NCBI GenBank assembly: GCA_032718475.1
Contig: JAUCBJ010008853.1
Span: 1 to 64,000 of the forward strand
Length of the DNA: 64,000 nucleotides
Reading direction: 5' to 3'
DNA from: Nemertoderma westbladi
Lineage: Eukaryota > Animalia > Xenacoelomorpha
Within the stretch, counting starts at the first letter, position 1, and each line of letters opens with the position of its first letter. The notes under the pieces are model-generated. The model did not search any database and was not told where the DNA came from. It was given only the letters and a program-made list of their open reading frames with translations. Shown in pieces: positions 1 through 11,014 of the stretch. The position numbers and the translations under genes are program-made.

Positions 1-1
1 A

Positions 2-481
2 AACGTTAACCCTAATGATATAACCACATATCACCTGATCAATTTTATCCGTCAGGACCCTGAGTATGGCGACATTTTCGTGAACTCGCATCCTGAACTC
101 CAGGAAGTATCTCGGCGCCCATATGAATATCGAACCCGAGAACGCGAGCTGGAGAGAACCATTAAACCGAGAAAGTTCCTCACTACTCACGGTCCACCCA
201 CCGCTAGTGTCCAGACGACCCGTCAAGGACCCGTAGGAGCTGCTGTCCTGAGACGCGCTCTAAAGGCCATTAGACCTCACTCCACTGAGGTTTATATTAA
301 TCAACCAGGTACTTCGACCGGCGGGTATACCGATCGTAACCCTGCACCTTCTGATGCAATTATATTGCACCCTTCGCCTAGGAGCTACAGCCCTCCTCGT
401 AAAGTGGCTCGCCCCAAAGAGAAAATGACTCTTGCTAGCTTTAAAAAACTGCGTAAACGCCGCCCGCGCAAGAAAGACTAA
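2..481 (+). CDS. C-terminal part of an accessory 3' ORF of BEL element 1, with basic NLS-like tail; function unknown
   Basis: The frame is open from the window edge (NVNPNDITTYHLINF...) to TAA at 479-481 and ends KKLRKRRPRKKD. A homologous peptide is encoded at 8070-8230 (-). Confidence 0.55.
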   Translation, partial: NVNPNDITTYHLINFIRQDPEYGDIFVNSHPELQEVSRRPYEYRTRERELERTIKPRKFLTTHGPPTASVQTTRQGPVGAAVLRRALKAIRPHSTEVYINQPGTSTGGYTDRNPAPSDAIILHPSPRSYSPPRKVARPKEKMTLASFKKLRKRRPRKKD

Positions 482-559
482 CTGTTTAGAGTATTTTTAT
501 ATTTTAGAAACTGTGATTTTGTATATTTTATAGACTTAAATCCCATTTTCTGGGAGCGG

Positions 560-1737
560 TGTAAAAGCTTTTGTGGGATAACTGATTCGTTTGCCTTGTT
601 GGCCAGTTCCCCCCCGGTCGCTAGAATACTCTCAAGGGGATCTATAGCTAAAATAGTGCAAGCTACCAGCTTATTGGCTGATTTGCTGTACGCAGGTATC
701 TGGGCTCTGTTTAATCGGACAACCAGCCTAGGAAGGTTGCGTCATAGCCTTGTTTTTGTATCTCCCAATAGAATTTGAGTTAGCCTTGATTTTGACCTAT
801 CACAGAGCTACTGAACTGAAATTTTCCTATCTCACTGCTCTTTCTCTGTGTTGAACGGGAGCTTCGTGGAATAAGGGTAGTTGGTATCATCGTATAGAGT
901 AGTAGTCACGAGTTTTTCAAAACCACGAAAGAACGGCTTTGTAGTGTTTTGTGCTTTCTGCTTTTTAGCTCAACACTAGTAGGTTTAATTATAAGGACAT
1001 ATATCCTTTAACTGGCTTTTAATCACTTGAATATCTCACTGCTAAAAATTACCTGCTCAATCAATGCTGTATACTGCTATTTGTTGTCGGTTATTCATTA
1101 TATTTGTTGATGAATTATTATATTGGAATAACGAGAAATAACCCCGAAAACCCAATATTCTTGATATACCGAAGGTAAGAGAGAAAGGTTACCAATAACG
1201 ATTGTGACTTATGTTAAAGTGGTTTGAAGTGAATCTAATGTTATTTGATAGACCCTACATGAGTCAGTCTGTGTTCCTTTTATATGTAACTAAAATCAGT
1301 GAAGATTGGCAGATTAGTGTGCATTATTGTGCAGCATTGTGTACGAGTGAGTCTGTTAAAGAAGCATTTCCTAAAGAATGCGCCATATATGTGAATTATA
1401 ATTAAGCCATATCGTTGTGAGTAGTTTAAGTCATAACTCTGTTTATATAAATAAAGCGCCACGTCCTAAAGGAACTGTTAATATTCCCTAAGGTGAATAG
1501 TATTGTCAGAGATTATATAATACTGTCAGTCGAATAATACATTAGGCTTACATAGCAATAAAATTAAACCGTCGAACCCAATCTCCCGGGAATATCCAGC
1601 GGGTGAATGATCGCGCACAGATTGGTTTCGACTAGTGTAGTGAATCAAATACTTGTCATAGGCTAAAAAGCGATTTAATATCTAGAAGACATCTTAATTT
1701 GGTGGATTAAACTGCCAAAGGTCTGAAAGCGCGAACA
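560..1737 (+). repeat. 3' LTR of BEL element 1 (1178 bp)
   Basis: Starts TGTAAAAGCTTTTG directly after the PPT and ends GAAAGCGCGAACA. About 1100-1737 is nearly identical to the LTRs of element 2. AATAAA at about 1557. Confidence 0.9.
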
Positions 1738-1824
1738 TTGCTGTCTGATTGGTAAACCTGAACTAACTGTAATATTTCGATATTCTGTTTATATACGATA
1801 TTCTGTATATATTCTGTACATAAT

Positions 1825-2383
1825 ATGGCTTATTGCGTTGTCATCTTCACGGGCCCGGATGGCGTTGAGGAAGTTGCAACAATATGTAGTGGATGGTTGT
1901 CGGCCGATGGACTTACATCAGCATATCCCATAAACACTAAACTTGCATCCAAGGCGCTGAGGGAGTCGTTACGTGCTGGTGACACTGCAGTTGGGCAATG
2001 GGGATCTTGGCCTTGCACATTTATTCGAAACTCTGCAAAGGTATTTTAACGGTAGTATACTGATAATTAGATAGGATCATCGTATACGAATATCTAACAA
2101 TCTAATAATTATTAATTCAAATAATAATTATTACAGTAGTGTAGACTAAATTTCAATGTTAATAATATTTTTCAGATGATCTTTGGCAGCTAAGGCAATA
2201 GAGGAGCGCGTTGTCTGTGAGGGTTCGGACATTGCAAGTTTCTAGCGATCAAGTTGGGTATTCCATTGGTATCGCAACACGATTCAGAGGAAAGAAACGG
2301 GTTGCGGTTGGAAATGAGAGCGATACAATGGATGAAGAAACAGCTGGAGTTCGACAGGACATTCAGTGCACTAGCAGCAGCAG
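1825..2383 (+). pseudogene. Two-exon remnant resembling the N-terminal domain of DUF4806-type accessory proteins of CMC/EnSpm-like DNA transposons
   Basis: MAYCVVIF...EEVATICSGWL...AYP...W..WPC pattern; GT donor at 2041, AG acceptor at 2174-2175, second GT donor at 2384. Exon 2 has a frameshift/stop (AKAIEER...SDIAS). Family assigned from memory of the motif. Confidence 0.4.
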
Positions 2384-2619
2384 GTAAAATTTATATCTTA
2401 TTATTGTTCTCATTACCAATAATTAGTACAGTACATTCGAATTATTATGTAATAACTATTTACATACTTCTGTGTAAAGTAGCACTTTACAGTGTGATGA
2501 TCCGAGTGGCTTTGTTACACGAACGAACGATAATGAGTGAGTGAAAATAAAGCCACGTGGATCAGAACACTGTAAAGTACTTTGCAACAAGTATGTATGT
2601 AGTTTTATGGAGTATATAG

Positions 2620-2790
2620 TATGGCACATTCACAAGAATGCTACGCCGGGTTCATTGTGTCAAGTACAATGCACACATCTCCAACCAGACACTATATAAC
2701 ATTGGAGGTGTCTCATTGGTTCCCCCAAGCTTGACACTAGAACAAAATCGCCTCCGCTTTGCAGGACATTGCTTTCGCCGTGAGGACCAA
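2620..2790 (+). mobile_element. 3' fragment of an RTE-like LINE
   Basis: Encodes TFTRMLRRVH...ISNQTLY...RLRFAGHCFR; near-identical copy at about 23320-23470. Confidence 0.6.
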
Positions 2791-2882
2791 ATTAATTTAT
2801 GGTCGACCAAAAAATAATTTATGGTCAACCAAAAAATAATTTATAGTCGACCAAAAATTAATTTATGGTCGACCATAAATTA
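2785..2882. repeat. About 22-bp tandem repeat (GACCAAAAAATAATTTATGGTC), about 4 copies
   Basis: Direct inspection. Confidence 0.8.
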
Positions 2883-3231
2883 TGACGTCATGGAGAACTT
2901 CTGAAAAAAAAATTCAATTAATTAGCAAAGATCAGCCACCGTACAAACCTCCCATATTACAAGATGTTATACTGTAGCCTGTCCCAGTCCCACCTGTTAC
3001 TAATTGTCCCACCCTATTGCCATGTTTTGAAGGGGGGCAGGCGGGACAAGTCAAGTCCCACCTGTTACCGTGTTTTGATGGGGTACAGGCAGGACATGTC
3101 CCACCTGTTACTAGATTTCACTGCTATTTTCTCCCTGATACCGTGGTAGTTACACATTTCATTGAGTCTCATAGAATTAATTGATATTGATATTAAAAGT
3201 TTTATTATTAGTTCTTTTTACTAATTTGATA

Positions 3232-3350
3232 TTTATCCGTTTTAAAACAATGTTTTATCTGTTTTAACACAATGTTTATCTGTTTTACCACAATGTTTAT
3301 CTGTTTTAACACAATGTTTATCTGTTTTAACTCAATTTTTTCCGTTTTAG
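3232..3350. repeat. About 20-bp tandem repeat (TTTATCTGTTTTAACACAATG)
   Basis: Direct inspection, about 5 copies. Confidence 0.8.
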
Positions 3351-3379
3351 GCGGGGTAGCTCTATTGTTTTTGGGTTAA

Positions 3380-3500
3380 GCCCCGCCAGGGTCCACTCAG
3401 ACTTTCAATCTACTGGGGTCGATAAAATGAGTTAAATTACTGGGAGCAAATCTTGGGATAGGATTAGCGTAGCGCCCAACCCTGCCCTCGGGTGCATACT
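3380..3500 (+). mobile_element. Possible SINE central-domain fragment (Meta/Sauria-like core)
   Basis: GGTCCACTCAGACTTTCAATCTACTGGGGTCGATAAAATGAGT resembles the GACTCAGCCTTCCATCC...GGTCGATAAAATGAGT core of metazoan SINEs. No tRNA head recognised. Confidence 0.35.
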
Positions 3501-3702
3501 TGCCATAATTACTGTAGAGCTGTTTTAGTACAGATGGATACCGATGGATGCTGGATCTAGTACTGTTTATTGAACTATTGATTATCGCTATTCGACTGTA
3601 GGACAGTGTATTGAACTATGGATTAACGCATATAATATAATACTAATAAACTAATAATTAATAATTATAAATTAATTTAATTAAAATATATGTATAATCA
3701 GT

Positions 3703-4045
3703 TTATCGGAGGTGGTCGTAGAGGTTTCTGCGTAATAGATCATTCAGTTGCACCTTGGAAACAGGCTCCAATCGCTCCGTTAATTCTCTCCACCATCTTT
3801 CAATTTTATTATTTGTGGATGGGCCGTAAATTACGCCATCAGTTGGATCGTCGAAAATACCAACTCTGATGATGATAAAGCTGCATGTAATGTGGCAGCT
3901 TTTCCCGTTTCCGTACCTCTGTCGAAACGGACGAAAACCGGAAGGCCTTAAAATATAAATTCCCAACAACATGGGGATTGGAGTTGGAATAAATAACTCT
4001 ACACAATAGGGTTTTCCTCGAAAATGTATCTAAACATCCGTACAT
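3703..4045 (-). pseudogene. Fragment of an rve-type DDE integrase/transposase (IS3EU/IS481EU-like)
   Basis: YGCLDTFSRK...SNSNPHVVGNLY and YGPSTNNKIERWWREL motifs in two frames. Confidence 0.55.
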
Positions 4046-4080
4046 AGGCCTACCTATATGTGTACTAGGATATATGTGTA

Positions 4081-4665
4081 CTAGGCAGTAGTTTCTACAG
4101 TAGGCAGTAGTTTCCTTCTTTTACGAGTTGCATAGACCATGTAGTGATCACTTATTTTCTCTTTGACTACACCGTAGTTATTGATCAAGCTGCAGTTTGA
4201 AACAAACACATGATTGATGATGGTTGCCGTATTCGATGTGACGCGGGTTGGTTCCATTATGAGTTGGTTCATTCCATGGGAGAGCCTGTGAATGACAGTA
4301 GTTTCTTTAGCTCAGTATCGATACCGGGGGTAGTTAATGGATATTTATTGAGTGACATTGTTTTAGAATTTACAACAGGAGTCATGTCAATGTTAGTGTC
4401 GCCCATTATAATAACTTCATTATATCTTGAGAAATCTAGACATGTTTCTAGGTTCTCAAACAGCAGTGTGTCTGCCTCAGGCCTGTAAACCGCTCCAATA
4501 AGCAAAGGCTTGATATCTGGGAGAAATAATTCTCCAACTAACATCTCGGACTGTGTGGACTTCGATGACTCGAGCTCGATGAAGTTCAGTCTATCATGCA
4601 CATATATGACTATACCACCTCCATCGCGTTCAGGTCTATCTCGTCTAAAGGTGTTATAAGAGTGA
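4081..4665 (-). mobile_element. CR1/L2-group LINE apurinic endonuclease fragment
   Basis: RDR..RDGGGIVIY, IGAVYRP, IIMGDTNID, EPTRVT, ISDHYMVY motifs; frameshifted. Confidence 0.75.
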
Positions 4666-4894
4666 ACGCAGAATTGTACAGTAATATTGTGGATAGACAG
4701 GATTGATTTACAGCAGATATTTTAGATATGTTTCGAAAACGAAAATATTTAATATTGCATCGTTATAAATTCAATAATATTGCACATCATAATAATATAT
4801 TGAAGAACTTGTAACATGCAATTAATATTGCAGTTACAGTAGTTATGTTATGGGAGTACAAATTAAAGACCTAATAACCAACACCTTAAGACCA

Positions 4895-5815
4895 AAGACC
4901 CCACAAAAGTAAGACCCCCCCTTCCCCGTCCTGGTACAAAAGTAAATCCCCATGGTACGAAAGTAAGACCTCTCAGGTACAAAAGTAAGACCCCCATGGT
5001 ACAAATGTATGACCCTTCCAGGTACAAATGTAAGACCTCCCAGGTACAAAAGTAAGACCCCCCTGGTACAAAAGTATGAACCCTCCAGGTACAAAATTAA
5101 GACCTCCCAGGTACAAAAGTATGACCCCTCCAGGTACAAAAGTAAGACCTCACAGGTACAAAAGTATCACCCCTCCAGGTACAAAAGTACTGTAAGACCT
5201 CCCTGGTACAAAAGTAAGACCCCCCCCCCCCCACTCAGGTACAAATAACAAATGTAAGACACCCCAGGTACAAAAGTAGGGTAAGACCCCCAGGGACAAA
5301 ATTAAGTCCCCCTGGTAGAAAAGTAAAACCCCCCTGGTACAAAAGTATGACCCCTCCTGGTACAAAAGTAAGACCCCCTGGTACAAAAGTATGACCCCTC
5401 CAGGTACAAAGGTAAGACCCCCTGGTACAAAAGTATGACCCCCCCCAGGTACAAAAGTAAGACCTCACAGGTACAAAAGTATCACCCCTCCAGGTACAAA
5501 AGTACTGTAAGACCTCCCTGGTACAAAAGTAAGACCCCCCCCCCACTCAGGTACAAATAACAAATGTAAGACACCCCAGGTACAAAAGTAGGGTAAGACC
5601 CCCAGGGACAAAATTAAGTCCCCCTGGTAGAAAAGTAAAACCCCCCTGGTACAAAAGTATGACCCCTCCTGGTACAAAAGTAAGACCCCCCTGGTACAAA
5701 AGTATGACCCCTCCAAGTACAAAAGTAAGACTCCTCTGGAACAAAAGAAAGACCCCCTAGTACAAAAGTAAGAGCCCCCCCCCCCCAGGTACAAAAGTAA
5801 GACCCCAAGGTACAT
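4895..5815. repeat. About 21-bp minisatellite (GGTACAAAAGTAAGACCCCCC) with an about 300-bp higher-order duplication
   Basis: Repeating unit visible throughout; the block at about 5130-5430 recurs at about 5440-5730. Confidence 0.9.
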
Positions 5816-5934
5816 CTTGAGTGATAGTTGCATGACACTGAATTACAACACTACTGTATATTCCGGGGGACCTGGTGTAATAAATATTAACGTGACTAAA
5901 TTACTGTACATTAAAATTTTCTATACAAGAATGT

Positions 5935-6373
5935 TTCTATTTAACCAATGTCAGACGTTTCAAAATAACGTTAAAATCTATGTTAAAATCCAACGTAATT
6001 TTTACGTTTGGGTTTAGTGATTTATGTACATGATTGAATTTTACCAATGTAGACGTTACAAAATAACGTTACAAATCTACTGTATGTTAAAATTCAACAT
6101 TTATTTAACGTTTGGGTTTAGTCAGTTTTGTACATGATTAAATTTAACCAATATCAGACGTTTCAAAATAACGTTAAAAATTGATGTTAAAATTCAACCT
6201 CAGTTTAACGTTTGGGTTTAGTTGATTATAAACATGTACTGTAGTTTGTAAACGATTATAAGAAGTTAGAAAACGTTTGTTCTTAAGTTATTTTTATAAC
6301 TTTATTTTTCTAACCTAAAACAGACTAAAGTCTAACGTTAGATTAGCGTAATTAACGTAAAATGTTTGCAGGG
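5935..6373. mobile_element. Non-autonomous DNA-transposon end with subterminal repeats
   Basis: Three about 105-bp repeats (CAGACGTTTCAAAATAACGTTAAAA...AACGTTTGGGTTTAGT) ending in TGTTTGCAGGG followed by TA. The matching other terminus was not found. Confidence 0.4.
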
Positions 6374-6770
6374 TACCGATTTGGACCTAACGCTATTTCT
6401 GTACTTTACCCCTGCTCTGCTACACTAACCCTAGGCATATACAGCACGACAGCTACACACTACACGCCTCTATCAGTCTACGGTATCTGTCTAATAATAA
6501 TAATAATAATAATAATAAATTCTTTTATTCCCAAAACTTCAAATATGTAAAATAATTGAAGGCAGCGTGGCCCTGGCTGATAATTTATGGGAATAAGCGT
6601 CATGTATGGCAGACAAATCCTTGACCTACACTAATTACATTACTGTGTATCCACTGGAGTCATATTGATGTTATACATACATACCCAATACATTGGCGCG
6701 TAGACACACACACACCCCATACTTACAATTTGATTGTTAATATTTATAATCCATACATATGGAACAACTG

Positions 6771-7991
6771 TGTTCGCGCTTTCAGACCTTTGGCAGTTTA
6801 ACCCACCAAATTAAGATGTCTTCCAGATATTAAATCGGTTTTTAGTCTATGACAAGTATTTGATTCACTACACTAGTCGAAACCAATCTGTGCGCGATCA
6901 TTCACCCGCTGGATATTCCCGGGAGATTGGGTTCGACGGTTTAATTTTATTGCTATGTAAGCCTAATGTATTATTCGACTGACAGTATTATATAATCTCT
7001 GACAATATTATTCACCTTCGGGAATATTAACAGTTCCTTTAGGACGTGGCGCTTTATCTATATAAACAGAGTTATGACTTAAACTACTCACAACGATATG
7101 GCTTAATTATAATTCACATATATGGCGCATTCTTTAGGAATGCTTCTTTAACAGACTCACTCATACACAATGCTGCACAATACTGCACACTAATCTGCCG
7201 ATCTTCACTGATTTTAGTCACATATAAAAGGAACACAGACTGACTCATGTAGGGTCTATCAAATAACATTAGATTCACTTCAAACCACTTTAACATAAGT
7301 CACAATCGTTTATCTGTAACCTTTCTCTCTTACCTTCGGTACATCAAGAATATTGGGTTTCGGGGTTATTTCTCGTTATTCCAATATAATAATTCATCAA
7401 CCATATTATGAAGAACTGACAGTAAATAGCAGTATAAAACAACAACTGAACACTGATTGTTATGAGTTTGCAATGTTTCAGCAGTCAGTATGTATGATCA
7501 GTTAGCAGTGATTCCATGAGTTTGATCGGTATGTCAGTTAAAGGATATATGCTCTTATAATTAAACCTACTAGTGTAAGACTAAAAACTGAAAACACGGA
7601 GGTGCCAAAAGCCGGTTCTTAGGCTCTGGGCAAAAACATAACACTGAACTACTGAGTTTCTGTATATACCTTCAACACAGAGACAACAAACGCTCTGATT
7701 GGTCAACCTGAACAACGAGAGAACAGAGAAACAAAGAAACGTCGACGTGGCAATATCAGCTGCTAGCCGTCGTCATGGTAGCGACACTGTTTTCAAGAGT
7801 ATCGAGCTTTTACGTCACGGAATTACGGATTATGTCCTCTAAAGTACAAATACAGAAGAAATAGCTTTTATGTCCGCTAAAACACCAGTACAGCAAGGAC
7901 ACGGCCTTTTTATGCCTGGTAAACCAACTACAGAGTATTTTACGGGAAAAATAAGGAAAAATAACCGGACAATTCAGCAAAAGCTTTTACA
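6771..7991 (-). repeat. 3' LTR of BEL element 2
   Basis: Direct repeat of 17305-18525; only two substitutions noticed by eye; adjacent to the PPT. Confidence 0.95.
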
Positions 7992-8069
7992 CCGCTCCCA
8001 GAAAATGGGATTTTCAGTCTATAAAATATAAAAATCACAGTTTCTAAAACATAAAGATACTCTAAACAG

Positions 8070-9356
8070 TTAGTCTTTCTTACGCAGACGGCGTTTACGC
8101 AGTTTTTTGAGGCTAGCAAGAGTCTTTTTCTCTTTGGGGGGAGCCACTTTACTAGGAGGGCCATAACTCCTGGGTGAAGGGTGCAATATGATTGCATCAG
8201 AAGGTGTAGGATTGTGGTCGGGGTATACGCCGTTTCGATATGCTTCTCCTCGAGCTGATTTTCCTCCGCTCGTAGCTGGATACGTTCATCCAAAAACTCT
8301 CGCAGAGAATGGGGTTGTCTAAGTGCGATATCTTCTTAGAGATTCTGGATTTCACAATCGAACTGAGATAAAGACAATTCGTTTATCGCTTGGACTTGCT
8401 GTTATAACTTACGTTTATCTGAACAAACGTAGGTTTCCTTTCTGATCTTTGTAGAATAGCGTTTAACTCGTTTGGTACAACGTTCTCCGCCACTCTGGTG
8501 ACAGGTTATATCGTGTCAAGCCGGGACGATGGTAAGGGTTAAACGGCGATATTAAATGTCCGCGTCACAATCCGGCTAGGTAAGATAGGCGGCTAGCTAG
8601 AAATCACTGTCGGAGTGTTACCGATTAATTGTTAGGGTAGCACTAGATCTTTGAACAGTGAATACAGTCCGCGAGGATCCGCGACATCACCAGGATCGCA
8701 GGTCTGAGGTCCAACTAAGGAATGAGGAGGTTTGACCGAGTATTCCGGGACTCTGATCGTAGGTTTACTCCAGGATCGTTCGAGCCGAGTGAGCATAGGT
8801 GATACGTCAACAAGTTTCGGTTTACGTGGATGTTTATGTCTTTCCGTTTATTAGTTGGGTCTAGGGCGTTTATCGTAATAATACCAAAGACGCACGTCTG
8901 GTAGGGTAAACGCGGGTGATATTTGTTTGTTGTTACAATGCTTCTATCAAGAATTCCAAATATACGTTGGAGTTACCGCGTCCATTTGTTTCTTTAGTGT
9001 CTTTTCTTTCGAGTCGATTTCGAATAGAATTTTCGCATTCGAATTTCAGTTTATGGTTCCGACTCCGCTGGGCAGGATATATAGTCGACATAGTCCGTAT
9101 TGTGTAAATCGATAGGATGACCAGTAGTTAAGAAGCCCATATACGTACCATTACGCTGCGTATATCGAGCAGCGAATTTTCTATAGTCCAACTCACGCGT
9201 GAGCTGCTCTTGGGACATTGGCGGTTCGATATAACGACCATCGTCCTCCGCAGCAGTTGGACTAACGTCGCCGCGTATTAAGCTATCAACAAACGCTTGT
9301 AAAAGTAGAGTATATCGCTCCCCGATACCAAGACCATCTTCTATCAACTCCGTCAT
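8070..9356 (-). pseudogene. Decayed accessory 3' ORF of BEL element 2
   Basis: A 101-aa open segment (9051-9356), then stops and frameshifts. The last about 53 codons (GVYPDHNPTPSDAIILHPSPRSYGPPSKVAPPKEKKTLASLKKLRKRRLRKKD) match the ORF at 2-481. Confidence 0.5.
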
Positions 9357-11014
9357 ATCTGCTATATATGAGTTTATCCATATTATAATGAGTTTATATT
9401 CAGGCTAGCGAGCGTCGCTGCCTACTCCAATTAACCCCCGGACAGTACGAGATCCTCAGCGCCGATGTGTCGTCGCCGCTGTACTTTCGCCAACGACGTA
9501 GCCGCACAACGACAACGACAACCGACACAAGTCACTCGACTGTCCGTCCCAAAGACTTAGATGTACTTCAGGTTTTCCTTGGAGAGTTAGGTTACTTTTA
9601 CGATTGCGACTAGCTACTGTAAACACACCTTAGCAGTAACATTCACCTATAAACTCACAAATACCACACACACAACTTGTCACAAATTACACACATTCGG
9701 GCCATTTGTCCGTTAGTCAATGCCTTCCAGAATGTCACTGTATTATTATGTATCCTTGGATACTAGTAGTGCGCTATTTATTCCCTATGCTATTCAATGG
9801 GACAAGCTTTCTATTGTTCTTTTAACTCAATTCTAATTCTAGCGTGGTTGTTGCTATGGTGACATTATGCAAAGCTAGCGGTAGAATTAGGGTGATTCCA
9901 ATGCATACAGATCTGGGATGTTATTTAATAGTAATTCTTTAATAGTCAATGTCCTGTTTTATACATGACTTTAAGAATTTTATCGGCTATTAACTATGTT
10001 TGGGAGACTTTCGTACACGTCATACGCATAATAAGATAAATCTCCGCTCCCTTGATCTATTAATTAATGGAATTTTGGGAACTGTTATAAATTGCGTAAA
10101 ATGGCAATTTATTAAATTCATTAAAAGGCATGAATTTAAATTTATTCCCTGAAATTTTATTATTTGATAATTAAATGGACATATTTTGATTCTAGAACAT
10201 GTCTAGGGGCACAAGATCCTTAATTCTAAGAAATTGTCTCTTTAAGAATATCGGTAAATGCTACGATATCTTAATTGACTAGAATTGTTGAAGGATCTGA
10301 ATTTTACAGATTTTGACTTATTTGATTTGTAAATATTAACTAATTAATATTTGAGATGGGCACCGATTTATTCCAGAACTTGTCTGGGGACGTTAACCAC
10401 TGATTCTAGAATTTGTCTTTCAAGTATATCGGTGGGTGCCGCGATATCTTAATCGACTAGAATTACAGATGGTCAAAGGGTTTAACAGATTTATTTTGCG
10501 TTATACGCTACTGTTAAAGGGACATCACGCTACTATATGTATTATTTAATATACGGTATGAGAGCAATATCGCACGAAGCAATGTCAGTGTGAAGAGGCA
10601 AGTCGTTTCCAAGGTCTACCCAGAGCTTGGTTTAGCCGAGACACGAGGATCTGAACTTTGCATTCCTAATACTCTGCCTACCAATAATACTTAAATATAG
10701 TAGTGGCTTTATTGTACTTTAATAAGTACGGACATTTCATCTTACTGTAGTCACGTATTTATAATATGATACGGACAGTAAGGAAAGAGGAAAAGAATTA
10801 TTTCTTGCCGTCGCATTAAATATAATATATACGTAATTAAGTAATAAACGCGAATATATATTGCACTAATCTACTAAATAATCGCTAAAATAACATTCTA
10901 CTGAATAAAATTAAAGAAAACGATTATAATAAAATTACATAGTAATACATACAGAAATATAAAAATAATAAAATAATATAAAATAATAGAGTCACACACC
11001 CACTCCATATGTTG

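Larger units (their letters stand above)
1..1737 (+). mobile_element. BEL/Pao LTR retrotransposon 1, 3' end only (accessory ORF tail, PPT, 3' LTR)
   Basis: The ORF tail, 3' UTR, purine-rich tract TGGGAGCGG (551-559) and LTR termini are homologous to the 3' end of the complete BEL element at 6771-18525, in the opposite orientation. Confidence 0.85.

Noticed and set aside
1211-1462. Short ORFs repeated at 7046-7296 and 17580-17830
   Set aside because: They recur only because they lie in LTR copies, and a 1-nt indel changes their ends between variants.
4843-5838. Overlapping ORFs in the GGTACAAAAG repeat
   Set aside because: Minisatellite translation artefacts.
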